A stretch of DNA of 62,494 nt from Muribaculaceae bacterium (GTDB taxonomy: Bacteria; Bacteroidota; Bacteroidia; Bacteroidales; Muribaculaceae). Made by a program: the position numbers and the translations under genes. Below, in pieces: positions 32,097 to 42,700 of this stretch (position 1 is its first letter; each line of letters starts with the position of its first letter). Location: assembly GCA_036310635.1 (NCBI GenBank), contig JAXJRL010000125.1:1-62494 (forward strand), given 5' to 3'. The notes beneath the pieces are model-generated. The model was not told where the DNA came from. It saw only the letters and a program-made list of their open reading frames with translations, and made no database searches.

Positions 32097-32410
32097 TGCC
32101 CGAAGAGCGAAACATTTCCTCAGCTGATTGTTGTAAGAAATGAGTACGTGTGCGAAACGGCCAAATCCGCCCTGTGCCAACGCCCTTTCCGCACATATAT
32201 TATATAGGAGACAGGATGTGCTCCCGGTACCGATGTCATTCGGCAAGGGTACAACCACGGAAGCACAGCCGGCAACAGCCGGAGCGACGGTCAGCGCCAA
32301 CAAGATTCAGGCACTCCTCCCTAAGCACCGACTGCACCGGTTCCACACCTGCCGCCTTTGCATCATACAGTAGGGAAATCCCCCACATTCACCCTTAACA
32401 CAACCCAACT

Positions 32411-33010
32411 ATGGCAGAAAACAAAGACAACAATACACAGCGCATCGCCCCGGGCAAATACGTGGAGATGGGCTACGACCTCTACACAGTGGAGGACGGC
32501 AAGGAGACCCTTGTGCACCAGACCGACGCCGACGATCCCGAAAAGATTGTATACGGCGTGACCGAAGGCATGATCGAAGACCTGGAGCGCGCGCTCCTCG
32601 GCCTCGAAGCCGGCGGCAAATTCGACGTTAGCGTCAAGGCCGGCGAAGCATTCGGCATGCGCGATCCCGAGCGCGTGGTGGAACTGGAGCGCGAAATCTT
32701 CGAGGTGGACGGCAAGTTCGACTCCGAGATGGTAAAGCCCGGCGCCGCCTTGCCCATGATGACAGCCGAAGGCTACCGCATCACAGGCATCGTGGAGAGC
32801 GTTGACGACAAAATGGTCAAGATGGACTTCAACCACCCCCTCGCCGGCAAGGACCTGCGCTTCCGCGGCAAAGTGCTGCTGGTGCGCGACGCCACCGAGG
32901 CCGAGCTCCATCCCGCCGGTGGCTGCTGCGGCGGTGGCTGCGGAAGCTGCGGCGACGGCGACTGCGGCGACCAGGGCTGCGGCTGCGACTCGGGCTGCTG
33001 CTCCAAGTAA
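32411..33010 (+). CDS. slyD: FKBP-type peptidyl-prolyl isomerase, SlyD-like, with Cys/Gly-rich metal-binding tail
   Basis: DFNHPLAGKDLRF; tail GGCCGGGCGSCGDGDCG...CC. Confidence 0.88.
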   Translation: MAENKDNNTQRIAPGKYVEMGYDLYTVEDGKETLVHQTDADDPEKIVYGVTEGMIEDLERALLGLEAGGKFDVSVKAGEAFGMRDPERVVELEREIFEVDGKFDSEMVKPGAALPMMTAEGYRITGIVESVDDKMVKMDFNHPLAGKDLRFRGKVLLVRDATEAELHPAGGCCGGGCGSCGDGDCGDQGCGCDSGCCSK

Positions 33011-33114
33011 GGACTCGCCCCGGCACCCACACACACTGAACTTTCGGCTCGAAAAACATGAATTTTCAGCTATTTATCAACAATCATAATCAACATTTTC
33101 AAAATTTTACCAAA

Positions 33115-33333
33115 ATGAAAAAGATTCTTTTCTTCGCTGCCGCTCTGGCAGTTGTATCGCTTGCTTCTTGCGGAAAAGGTGAAAAGGACGCAGCTGCTGC
33201 TGACTCTGACACCGTAGTTGCTATCCAGGAAGAGGTTGTTGCCGCTGTTGACACCGTTACCAACGACACCACCGTAGCCGCTGCCGTTGAGGCCGTTGAG
33301 GCTGTTGTTCCCACCGAAGAGGCTTCTAAGTAA
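33115..33333 (+). CDS. Small acidic Ala/Val-rich lipoprotein (72 aa)
   Basis: MKKILFFAAALAVVSLASC lipobox; GCT/GTT-rich codons; own terminator. Confidence 0.8.
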   Translation: MKKILFFAAALAVVSLASCGKGEKDAAAADSDTVVAIQEEVVAAVDTVTNDTTVAAAVEAVEAVVPTEEASK

Positions 33334-33369
33334 GCATTCTCTTCTTCGCAGAAGGAATACAAAACCCAC

Positions 33370-33424
33370 AAGCGCACCGCCGGAATGTCCGCACACACGG
33401 ACATCGCGCGCGGTGCGCTTTTTT
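33370..33424 (+). terminator. Terminator after the small lipoprotein
   Basis: AAGCGCACCGC...GCGGTGCGCTT followed by a T-run. Confidence 0.7.
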
Positions 33425-33448
33425 ATGCGTGAATGTGAGCCACCGTGT

Positions 33449-33479
33449 TTTGAAAATAGCGGGGATATAGCTAACTTTG
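33449..33479 (+). promoter_or_regulatory. Sigma-A promoter of mscL
   Basis: TTTG-N19-TAACTTTG. Confidence 0.7.
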
Positions 33480-33507
33480 CGGACAAAACCTCAACATTGT
33501 AAAAATT

Positions 33508-33939
33508 ATGTCATTACTGAAAGATTTCAAAGAGTTTGCCATGAAAGGCAACATTCTCGACATGGCCATTGGTGTAATCGTAGGCGGCGCCTTCGGCAAG
33601 ATAGTAAGCTCGCTGGTAGGCGACATCATCATGCCCGTAGTGTCCATAGCCACCGGCGGCGACGGCCTGAAGAACCTCAAGTATGTGATTGTACCCAGCC
33701 AGGAGGCCACCGCTGAAGGCGTGGCCGCTGTCGAGGAAGTAGCCATCAACTACGGCATGTTCATCCAGAACATCGTTGACTTCCTGATCATCTCGTTCAG
33801 CATCTTCATGGCTCTGCGCCTTATCATGAAGTTCAAGAAAAAGGAGGAGGAAGCACCCGCCGCACCGGCAGGTCCCACCACCGAGGAGCTCCTGACCCAG
33901 ATCCGCGACATCCTCGCCAAGGAAGAAAAAGGCAAGTAA
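33508..33939 (+). CDS. mscL: Large-conductance mechanosensitive channel
   Basis: FKEFAMKGNILDMAIGVIVGGAFGKIVSSLV; LLTQIRD. Confidence 0.97.
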   Translation: MSLLKDFKEFAMKGNILDMAIGVIVGGAFGKIVSSLVGDIIMPVVSIATGGDGLKNLKYVIVPSQEATAEGVAAVEEVAINYGMFIQNIVDFLIISFSIFMALRLIMKFKKKEEEAPAAPAGPTTEELLTQIRDILAKEEKGK

Positions 33940-33963
33940 GAATAGGCTCTGAGACACAGACAA

Positions 33964-33999
33964 TTATAAGACTTATAAGACATATAAGTCTTATAAGCC
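33964..33999. repeat. 9-bp tandem repeat, 4 copies (TTATAAGAC)
   Basis: TTATAAGAC TTATAAGAC ATATAAGTC TTATAAGCC. Confidence 0.85.
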
Positions 34000-34016
34000 G
34001 TGAAAGTCATGTAGTT

Positions 34017-34550
34017 ATGGCTGTTAAGCTACCTATTTTCCTGCTCGGATTCATGGGCTGCGGAAAGACCACGCTCGGACACGCGCTGCATGTGCGGACG
34101 GGTGTGGACTTTGTGGACCTCGACGTTGCCATCGAGGCGCGTTCCGGCATGACCGTGAAGCGCATATTCAACGAGCTCGGCGAGGCCCGGTTCCGCGAGA
34201 TGGAGCGCGAGCAGCTTCGCCACGAGGCCCGCCGCAACGGCATAGTGGCCTGTGGCGGAGGCACGCCCCTGCAGCCCGGCAACATGGCGCTGATGAACGA
34301 GATAGGCACCACGGTGTGGCTCCAGGCGCCGGAATCGGTGCTGGTGCGCCGGCTCAAGGAAGCGCGCGATGCCCGTCCGCTCATAGCCACCCTCGGCGAC
34401 AAGGAGCTGGAGCTCTTTGTGGCCGACACCCTGCACCGCCGTTCGCCCCACTACGCCATGGCCGCCGAGACATTCGATTCGTCGCGGCTCGAGGACGAGG
34501 AGCAGATTGCAGCCTCGGTCAACGAGTTCTGCCGCCGTTTCGGGCTTTAA
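34017..34550 (+). CDS. aroK: Shikimate kinase
   Basis: GFMGCGKTT, DLD, FREME, CGGG, RPL. Confidence 0.93.
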   Translation: MAVKLPIFLLGFMGCGKTTLGHALHVRTGVDFVDLDVAIEARSGMTVKRIFNELGEARFREMEREQLRHEARRNGIVACGGGTPLQPGNMALMNEIGTTVWLQAPESVLVRRLKEARDARPLIATLGDKELELFVADTLHRRSPHYAMAAETFDSSRLEDEEQIAASVNEFCRRFGL

Positions 34551-34569
34551 CTCTTTAATATACACACAG

Positions 34570-35799
34570 ATGAACACCACCACACAACGCATACCCCTGG
34601 AGCAGCTTTTGGAGGAAGCCTGCGGCAAGCGGGCGCTGACGCTGGGCGTTCCGGCCCCCGACGGACACAGCCGCCGCTTCGCGCTGACGCCCGAGGGCGC
34701 CGCCATGTTAGTGAACCGCGGCTTCGACGTGAGGATAGAGCGCGAGGCAGGCCGTGCCATCCACTATCCCGACGCACGCTATCTGCGCGCCGGAGCACGC
34801 ATGGTGAGCCGCGCCGAGGCCTTCGGCTGCGACATGGTGCTGGCGGCCGGCACACTCGACGTGGCCGACGCCCTGCGCGTGCGGCGCGGTGCGCTGGTGC
34901 TCACACTGATGTCGGCCATCACCGGCAGCGCCGACGCCATGCGCGTGCTGCTGGAGCGACACGTGGTGACTCTGGCTCTCGACCTGGTGGCCGACCAGAA
35001 CGGACACACGCCTTTCGCCGACATTCTCAACGAGATTGACGGCCGCGCAGCAATGGCCGCGGCTTCGACCATGCTGGCCGACCCCGCGAGCGGCAAAGGC
35101 ATACTGCTGGGAGGCATAGCCGGGATAGTGCCCTGCGAGGTGACCGTAATAGGCGCGGGCATAGGCGGCATGGCAGCGGCACGTTCGGCCATCGGCCTTG
35201 GCGCCACGGTGAGAATGTTCGACACCGACGTTTACCGCCTCCGCGAGGCAGCGGCACAGCTGGGCGACGGCGTGATCACGTCGGCCATGCACCCAAAGGT
35301 GGTGGTGACGGCTCTGCGCACCGCCGATGTGGTGATAGCCTCGCAGACCCACATGCCCCACGCCGTCGACGCCGACGTGGTGGCCGAAATGAAGCGCGGA
35401 GTGCTGACATTCAGCATCGACGGCACCGCCACAGGCGCCATGGACACGTCGCCGGTGTTCCCGTCGATGCCGTGCGTTGACCTCAGCGACGGCGAGAGGG
35501 CCCGGGCAGTGCTCAGGGCCAATGTCGATGCCGCCGGCGACCGACCGGTGCGCCGCGTGTGCTTCACCAATGCCGCCGCCACCGTGCCCCGCACCGTGGC
35601 CATGGCGCTGAGCAACGCGCTGACCACCATGTTTGCCGACATAGCTCTGTGCGGCAGCGCCGTGAGCAACGCCCTCAAGCTTCATCCGGGCATGCAGCGC
35701 GCCGTCTGCACCTTCATGGGCAAGCCCGTGAACGCACGCCTGGCCCGCCGTCTGGGCATGAGGCCCGTTGACATCAACTTGCTGCTGCAATTCTCATAA
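34570..35799 (+). CDS. Alanine dehydrogenase/PNT-like protein (divergent)
   Basis: Start ATG at 34570; LTP.G, GKGILLGGI.G, GAGIGG Rossmann motif, VPRT...ALSN. Confidence 0.8.
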   Translation: MNTTTQRIPLEQLLEEACGKRALTLGVPAPDGHSRRFALTPEGAAMLVNRGFDVRIEREAGRAIHYPDARYLRAGARMVSRAEAFGCDMVLAAGTLDVADALRVRRGALVLTLMSAITGSADAMRVLLERHVVTLALDLVADQNGHTPFADILNEIDGRAAMAAASTMLADPASGKGILLGGIAGIVPCEVTVIGAGIGGMAAARSAIGLGATVRMFDTDVYRLREAAAQLGDGVITSAMHPKVVVTALRTADVVIASQTHMPHAVDADVVAEMKRGVLTFSIDGTATGAMDTSPVFPSMPCVDLSDGERARAVLRANVDAAGDRPVRRVCFTNAAATVPRTVAMALSNALTTMFADIALCGSAVSNALKLHPGMQRAVCTFMGKPVNARLARRLGMRPVDINLLLQFS

Positions 35800-35813
35800 C
35801 GCGCTGACTGCAA

Positions 35814-36497
35814 ATGGCAAAGAAGAGAAAATACTACGTGGTGTGGGAAGGATTCGCACCCGGCATTTATGACAGCTGGGAGGAGTGCGAGGCGCAGATA
35901 AACGGCTATCCCAAAGCCAAATACAAGTCGTATCCCGACCAGGACTCGGCCACCGAGGCATTCCGCAACGGCTACAAAGGCGCCGACGATGCGTCGATGG
36001 CCATATTCCGCGCCATGGCCGAGCACATCAAGGAGGAACAGCAGGCCAAGCGTGCCGCCGAAACCCCTGTGTGGCAGCGATATCCCGAAGTGCTGAGCAA
36101 CGCCATAGCCGTCGACGCGGCCTGCTCGGGCAACCCCGGGCCGGTGGAATACCGCGGCGTGCGCGTCTACGACGGCGTGGAGCTCTTCCATGTGGGACCG
36201 CTGCAGGGAGGCACCAACAACATCGGCGAATATCTGGCGCTTATCCATGTGCTGGCACTCCTCAAAAAGCACGGCGACGGCACCACCCCCATCTATTCCG
36301 ACAGCCGCACCGCCCAGGCATGGCTCCGCAACCACCACAGCAACACCAAACTGGCCCCCACGCCACAAAACGCACGCATCCGCGAGCTGCTTGACCGTGC
36401 CGACGCGTGGATAGCCACCAACCGTCCCACCAACCCCGTGCTGAAATGGGACACCGACCACTGGGGCGAAATCCCCGCCGACTTCAACCGCAAGTGA
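35814..36497 (+). CDS. rnhA: Ribonuclease HI with N-terminal hybrid-binding (Cauli_VI-like) domain
   Basis: KYYVVW.G..PGIY.SW; VDAACSGNPG, TNNIGE, YSDS, WGEIPADF. Confidence 0.93.
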   Translation: MAKKRKYYVVWEGFAPGIYDSWEECEAQINGYPKAKYKSYPDQDSATEAFRNGYKGADDASMAIFRAMAEHIKEEQQAKRAAETPVWQRYPEVLSNAIAVDAACSGNPGPVEYRGVRVYDGVELFHVGPLQGGTNNIGEYLALIHVLALLKKHGDGTTPIYSDSRTAQAWLRNHHSNTKLAPTPQNARIRELLDRADAWIATNRPTNPVLKWDTDHWGEIPADFNRK

Positions 36498-36536
36498 AGC
36501 CAACCACCTGACCAATAAACACATCACCGCACACCG

Positions 36537-36570
36537 CAAGGCGCGCACCCCACATAAGGTGCGCGCCTTG
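36537..36570 (+). terminator. Terminator after rnhA
   Basis: CAAGGCGCGCACC-N8-GGTGCGCGCCTTG. Confidence 0.7.
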
Positions 36571-36615
36571 TGACATTTTAATATCCAAACCCATGACACA
36601 GGTTGAGAAATGTAA

Positions 36616-36647
36616 TTTGCACAGCCGAAAATAAATTTATAAATTTG
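36616..36647 (+). promoter_or_regulatory. Sigma-A promoter of the GLUG protein gene
   Basis: TTTG-N20-TAAATTTG. Confidence 0.7.
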
Positions 36648-36745
36648 CGCTTTTCCAATAGGAATCTCATTAAAATTCCAATCACATCGGCAAAACAGGC
36701 ATAGATATTAGGTACAACAATACTCAACCCTTAAAAATCAACAAA

Positions 36746-39700
36746 ATGGCATTATTTAAAAAGCGTAGACTCGCAGGAGCGATTCTGGCAGTGCTGTTTG
36801 CGTCAGCAGGCGCAGCAGCTACAGTGCCGGCATCGGATGTGGATGTCTACTCAGGGTTCTTCGGACAGCTGAAGCAGCAACAACTGCGGCCGGCGGTGAA
36901 GAATCCGGTGCAGGCGCCGGCCTGGAACATTCAGCTCCCGGAGCAAGGAAAAGTGCAACCGCAGGCGTCGCCGCAGTCGCAGGCGGCAGCCGAAGCGGCA
37001 GCCATCCGCAAGACCCGTCCCGTGAAAATAACATCTACAGCCGACCTGGCCGGTGAGCGAGTGCTCACAGTCAGGTCGCTGCTCAACTCATCGTTCGGCG
37101 ACGGAGGTGGCGAGTGCACCGTCACCCCCATTGCCGGCACCGACTCCATCCTCATAGAGCATTTCTGGAACTATTCCATTAACCTGAAGGCCGCCGTCGA
37201 CGTTGCCGCCGGCACTGTCACCATTCCCAACCAGGTGGTGGGACAGATGCAGGACAACGGCGACCTCGACATAGCCTTCTGCCAGAACAACGGCAAGCCC
37301 GACCGCAAGAAGGCCGTTACAGGCCGCATCATGTCCGACGGCAGCATTGAGATTGCCGACTGGTGGGGCATCTACGTGGTAGCCGGTGTGAACAAGGACC
37401 GCTACGCATACCTGGGCAACGAGACAAAAATCATGCGTCCCAACGCCACCATGAGCATGAACTTCAAGGACGGCAGAAAAGCCCTGTTCTCCGTGGTGGT
37501 GGACCAGCGCTATGACAATCGCGTCTACATCACCAACTTCGGCAACTACGGCATGACAGTCTACATTGACCTCAACACTCGTCGCGGCGGACTGATTCCC
37601 TGCCAGGTGGGCCGCCAGTACCCCGAAAACAAGGCCAACTTTCTGACCTGCGGCGTGGTGGGCTACGACTCCGCCGGCAATCCGCAGGGCGTTAGCAACG
37701 ACATAGTTGTAAGCCAGGCCGCCGCCGGTGTGGACAACACCCTGCAGTGGGGCAACTGGACCGCAATTTCGCAGGGTACACAGCTGATGTATTGGGGCGC
37801 CATACTCGACGGCAAGATTGAGTATGAAGGCACATTCCAGTACCCCAAGGAGGTGACCGGCTTCCTGGAGGGCGAAGGCACCGAAACCTCGCCCTACCTG
37901 GTGAAGACTGCCGATGACCTCATCCGCCTGGCCCAGGGTGTCAATTCGGTGCCCGCCAGCCAGTACAATGCCCACCTCAACGGCGTGGACTGCGCCCGCG
38001 TATACGAAGGCAAGCACTTCCGCCTCGCCAACGACCTTGACCTGGGCGCCACACTTTTCACCCCCGTCGGTGCCGACCCCTTCCACTATTTCGCCGGCAC
38101 ATTCGATGGAGACAATCACACCATCAGCCATCTGAACATAAGCTCGACCGACGGACTGGCAGCGCTTTTCGGCCTTGTCGACGAGAAGGGCACGGTCAAG
38201 AATCTGCGCCTGGAATCCCCCAACGTGGAGTGCGCCGCACAGACAGCTGGCACAGTGGCCGGTTGGTGTTTCGGCACCATTGACAACTGCCACGTCAACA
38301 ATGCCAATGTCAAGAACACGGCCCGCATAGCCGGCGGCCTTGCCGGCGTGGCCCACACCGTCACCAACAGCACCGTCAGCGACTCCTACATCCTGGGCGC
38401 CAACGGCAATCCCGGAGGCATCGCCGGCCAGGTGGACGGCCTGATCGAGAACTGCCATGTGCGCAACACCCAGGTGGTTGGCGCCACAGGCCAGGCAGGC
38501 CTTCCTGCCGGCGGTGTGGTGGCAGCCCTCACCGGCGCCACGGGCCGAAACCTGTCGTTCACAGGCACGGTGGACACCCGCACCTACCAGTGCACCATGA
38601 GCACCGGCGGCGTGGTGGGCGTGCTCAGCGACGCCATCCTGGAGCAAAGTTTCGCCGCCGGCACAGTGACCGCAGGCCCCACCGACAACCTGGGCCGTCG
38701 CTCGGCCGCAGGCGGCGTGGTGGGCAAAGTGTACGGCTCGGTCATCGACAACTGCTACTTCACCGGCAAAGTGTCAACCTACACCAACCGCTGCACAGGC
38801 GGCATCACCGGATGGCTCAACAACGAGACCGTCGGCGAAAATACCGTCACCCCCGTTGTGCGCAATTCCTGGACAGCCTCGGTAGTAACCTCCGAGACCT
38901 ATCTCTACGACAAGGAGAAAGAGGCCCGCGAGACAGTGGGCTGGATTGAGGACGGATGCACTCCAGAACTCACCAACCTCTACTACGACAACCAGTGGAC
39001 CAACCTGAACTCCACACGCTTCGGCGCCACCACCGCCCAGCTCACAGCAGCCGCGGGCCCCAAGGGCTTCGATGACTCTGTTTGGCAGTTCACTGCCGGC
39101 CAGTATCCCCGTCTGAAGGTCAACGCCGATTCCGAGGCCGCCGCACTGTCGGCTTCGGCCGTGGTCATGCCTGACCGCAGCTCGCTCAAGAAAGTATCAG
39201 GCAACGTGGAGCTCCATCCCCTCGGCGCCACCACCTACCGGCTCGTGCTCAACGGCGTGGCAGGCGACAAGGGCCACTTCAGCACGATAGAAGGCACCCT
39301 GCTGAAAATCACCGACCAGTTCGGCACCGACACCATCCGAGTGGCCAACGGCTCAACCAGCTATGACCTGGAGATCAAGATTGCGCCCGTGCCCTTCGCC
39401 GGCGAAGGCACAGAAACAAACCCTTACCTGATCAGCACCAAGGACGACATGATGGCACTGGGCAATGTCACCACCAAAGTGAAGCAGTATTTCCCCGGTG
39501 ACCACTTCCTGATGACCAACGACATCGACATGCAGAATGACACCTCGTTCCTGGGCATATGCAACGACAAGGACGCTTACTGCAAGTTCGCCGGCATATT
39601 CGACGGCGGCAACCACACCATCCGCAACATGAAGTTCGACTTCATCCCATGGGACGTGCGTCCTGAGAACGCTCCTGACGGAATAGGCTCGTTCGACTCG

Positions 39701-42700
39701 AAGAAGGCCGAGAATGTCAAGGGCCTGTTCGGCCGACTGGCAGCCGACGGCGTGATCCGCAACATCATCATCGACGAATCGTGCAGCTATCTGTTCTGGG
39801 CTCGTTCCGGCGCTATCGTAGGCCAGAACGAGGGTCTGGTGGAGAACTGCCGCAACCATGCCGACATCCTCGCCTACTCCTCGACCCCCGGAGGCATCGT
39901 GGGCGAGAACCGCAAGGGCACCGTGCGCCGCTGCTACAACGACGGCACCATCGTGTCCGGCTACAACTCGCCCGGTGGCATCGTGGCCACCGGCAACGGC
40001 CGCGTGGAGGAATGTGTCAACGTGGGCGAAGTGCGCATCGAGCAGGTGCCCTACTTCCCCACCAAGGAGAACACCATGAAGAATGCCGGCGGCATCCAGG
40101 GCGAGAACAACGGCACCGACTTCTTTGACTGCGCCAACTTCGGCCCGGTCAAGGCCTACTCGAACGTGGGCGGTATCGCAGGCATGCTCGCCGCCGTAAC
40201 CTCTACCAGTGTGATGGGCCACAACGAGCTGCACCGCGTGCTCAACGTGGGCAACGTCACCTCCACCGACCGCGCAACCATCGGCGCCCTGGGCGGTACC
40301 AACGGTACCACCGGCCAGATCGAGGCTGCCTACTGGGACGCCCAGATCGTTACCGAGAAGGCCCACGGCGCGCTCACTCTGAAGGGTGCGCAGGGCCTTA
40401 CCACCGCCCGTCTCATCTCAGGCACCCCGCTCGAAGGCTTCAATGCCGAGACCTGGGACTTCACCGCCGGCAAGTATCCCGTGCCGGCATGGTGCGCCGA
40501 CGAGCCCGCCCTGCAGCATGCACGCTCGCTCATCGTCAACATCCCCGAGGGCTTCACCGCCGCCAACCTGCAGGGCTCCGCCGCGCTGTCAGGCCTGGAG
40601 GGCCACACATGGCAGCTGGAAAAGGGCGCCGACTACGCCATCAGCGGAGCCGTGCTCACCGCACCCACAAGCGTTGAGGCAAAGGTCAGCGACGTGCTCA
40701 CCGGCAAGTCGGGCAGCTACACCCGCGTGCTCCCCATCAGCACCAACATCGCCGTGCCCCTGGCCGGCAAGGGCACCGCAGAGGATTCGTACCTCATCTC
40801 CACAGCCGAGGACTGGAACGCGCTCGCGGCCTACATCACCACAGCCGACGACAACTTCGCAGGCAAGACCCTCAAGGTAACCGCCGACATAGACTTCACC
40901 GACAAGGCCTTCAGCCCCATCTTCAGCGGCACCCACGCCCTGGAGGGCACACTTGACGGCAACGGCAAAACCGTGAAGGGCATTGCCTTCACCACCGACA
41001 ACACCTTCCAGGCGCCCATAGGCACCGTCGAGGCCACCGGTGTGATCCGCAACCTCAAGATGCAAGGCGAAGTGAAGACCGCCAAGGCCAACACCGGCGC
41101 TTTCACCGCCAAGGTTTACGGCACAGTGGAGAACTGCGAGAACCTTGTTAACCTCACCGCCACCTCAGGCGCCGGCCACTCCGGATTCGGCACACTCTAC
41201 CGCGACGCCGTGATGACCGATGTGGCCAACCGCGCCACCATCGCCGGTGCCAACGGCCAGCTGGCCGGCATCAGCCACAATGTCTCAGCAGAGGGAGCCG
41301 TGTTCACCCGCGTCGCCAACTACGGCACCATCAAGTCCACGAGCACAGCTTCGAGCGTCAACAACTTCGGCGGACTTGTGGCCACCTGCTATCCCGCCAC
41401 ATTCACTGACTGCCACAACGAGGGCACCTTTGAATTCGCCAAGGCCAACAACGCCAACCAGGTGGGCGGCCTCATCGGCAATGCCACCAGCTCCACCACG
41501 CCCGGCATGCCGCTGACCCTGACCGGCTGCTACAACACCAGCGACATCACCGCCCACAACATCGTGGCCGGCATCGTGGCCAACAACGCCCAGAACAAGA
41601 ACACAGTAGTGATCACCGACTGCTACAACCGGGGCAATATCACATCGGCCACCGACAAGAGCACATCGTCGGCTCCCACAGCCGGCATCACCGCGTTCTT
41701 CACCGCCGGCTCCCAGATAAAGGGCTGCCGCAACTACGGCAAGATTACCGCTGCCAAGAATGTGTTCGCCGGCGGCATCGTGGGCTCCTACAAGGGCACC
41801 GGCGCCAAGACCACTCCCTCACTGGTATTCAACTGCCACAACGAGGGCGAAATCTCGGCCGACGGCAACCAGGGCGCAGGCATCATGGGCATATCCATGG
41901 CCTACACCACCATTGACTCCTGCTCGAACGTGGCCAGCGTTTCCGGCGGCTTCGGCATGGCCGGCATCCTCGCCAACATTTCCGGCGAGGGCCTGGTTAT
42001 CAGCCGTTGCTGGAACGAGGGCAACATTGACGGCGCCAACCGCTACGTGGGCGGCATCGGCGGATGGGGCAACGTTGAGGGCACCATCACCGAGTGCTTC
42101 AACACCGGCAACATCACCTCTCATAGCGACATCCAGGGCTCCGGCACCACCGCCGGATTCGGCATCGGCGGCATTGCCGGTTATGCCGGAAGCCACATAA
42201 CCCGCTGCTACAACACCGGAGCAGTGACCGGCGCGACACGCGTGGGCGGCATCGTGGGCTCCACCTTCAAGAACCGCACCAAACTCGCCGAGTGCTACAA
42301 CACCGGCAAGGTGACCGCTCCCGAAGGCATGGGTTCCGCCCTTGTGGGCACCGCCGTTACCGAGGAAGCCGACTGGAACACAGGCAACACCGCCGACAAC
42401 TGCTTCTTCCTGACCGACTCCGTGGCCGACCCCCGCGGCAAGGCGTTGACGCTCAAAGAGCTCGCCGCGCTCGACATGGGTGAGCGCTGGATCGCCGGCG
42501 ACGACTATACTCTGCCCATCATCGCCGCTCTCAACGTGGACGCCGCCCGACTCTGGGCCGCATGCGTGGTGCTTGATGGCGACGACACCTTCGAACATGT
42601 CACCTGCAACTTCAATGTCGGCGCTCCCGAAGGCCTGGTTTGGACCGCATCCGAACCCGTGCTCTCCTTCCAGGGCACACGCGCCGTGTTCTCCGACGAG

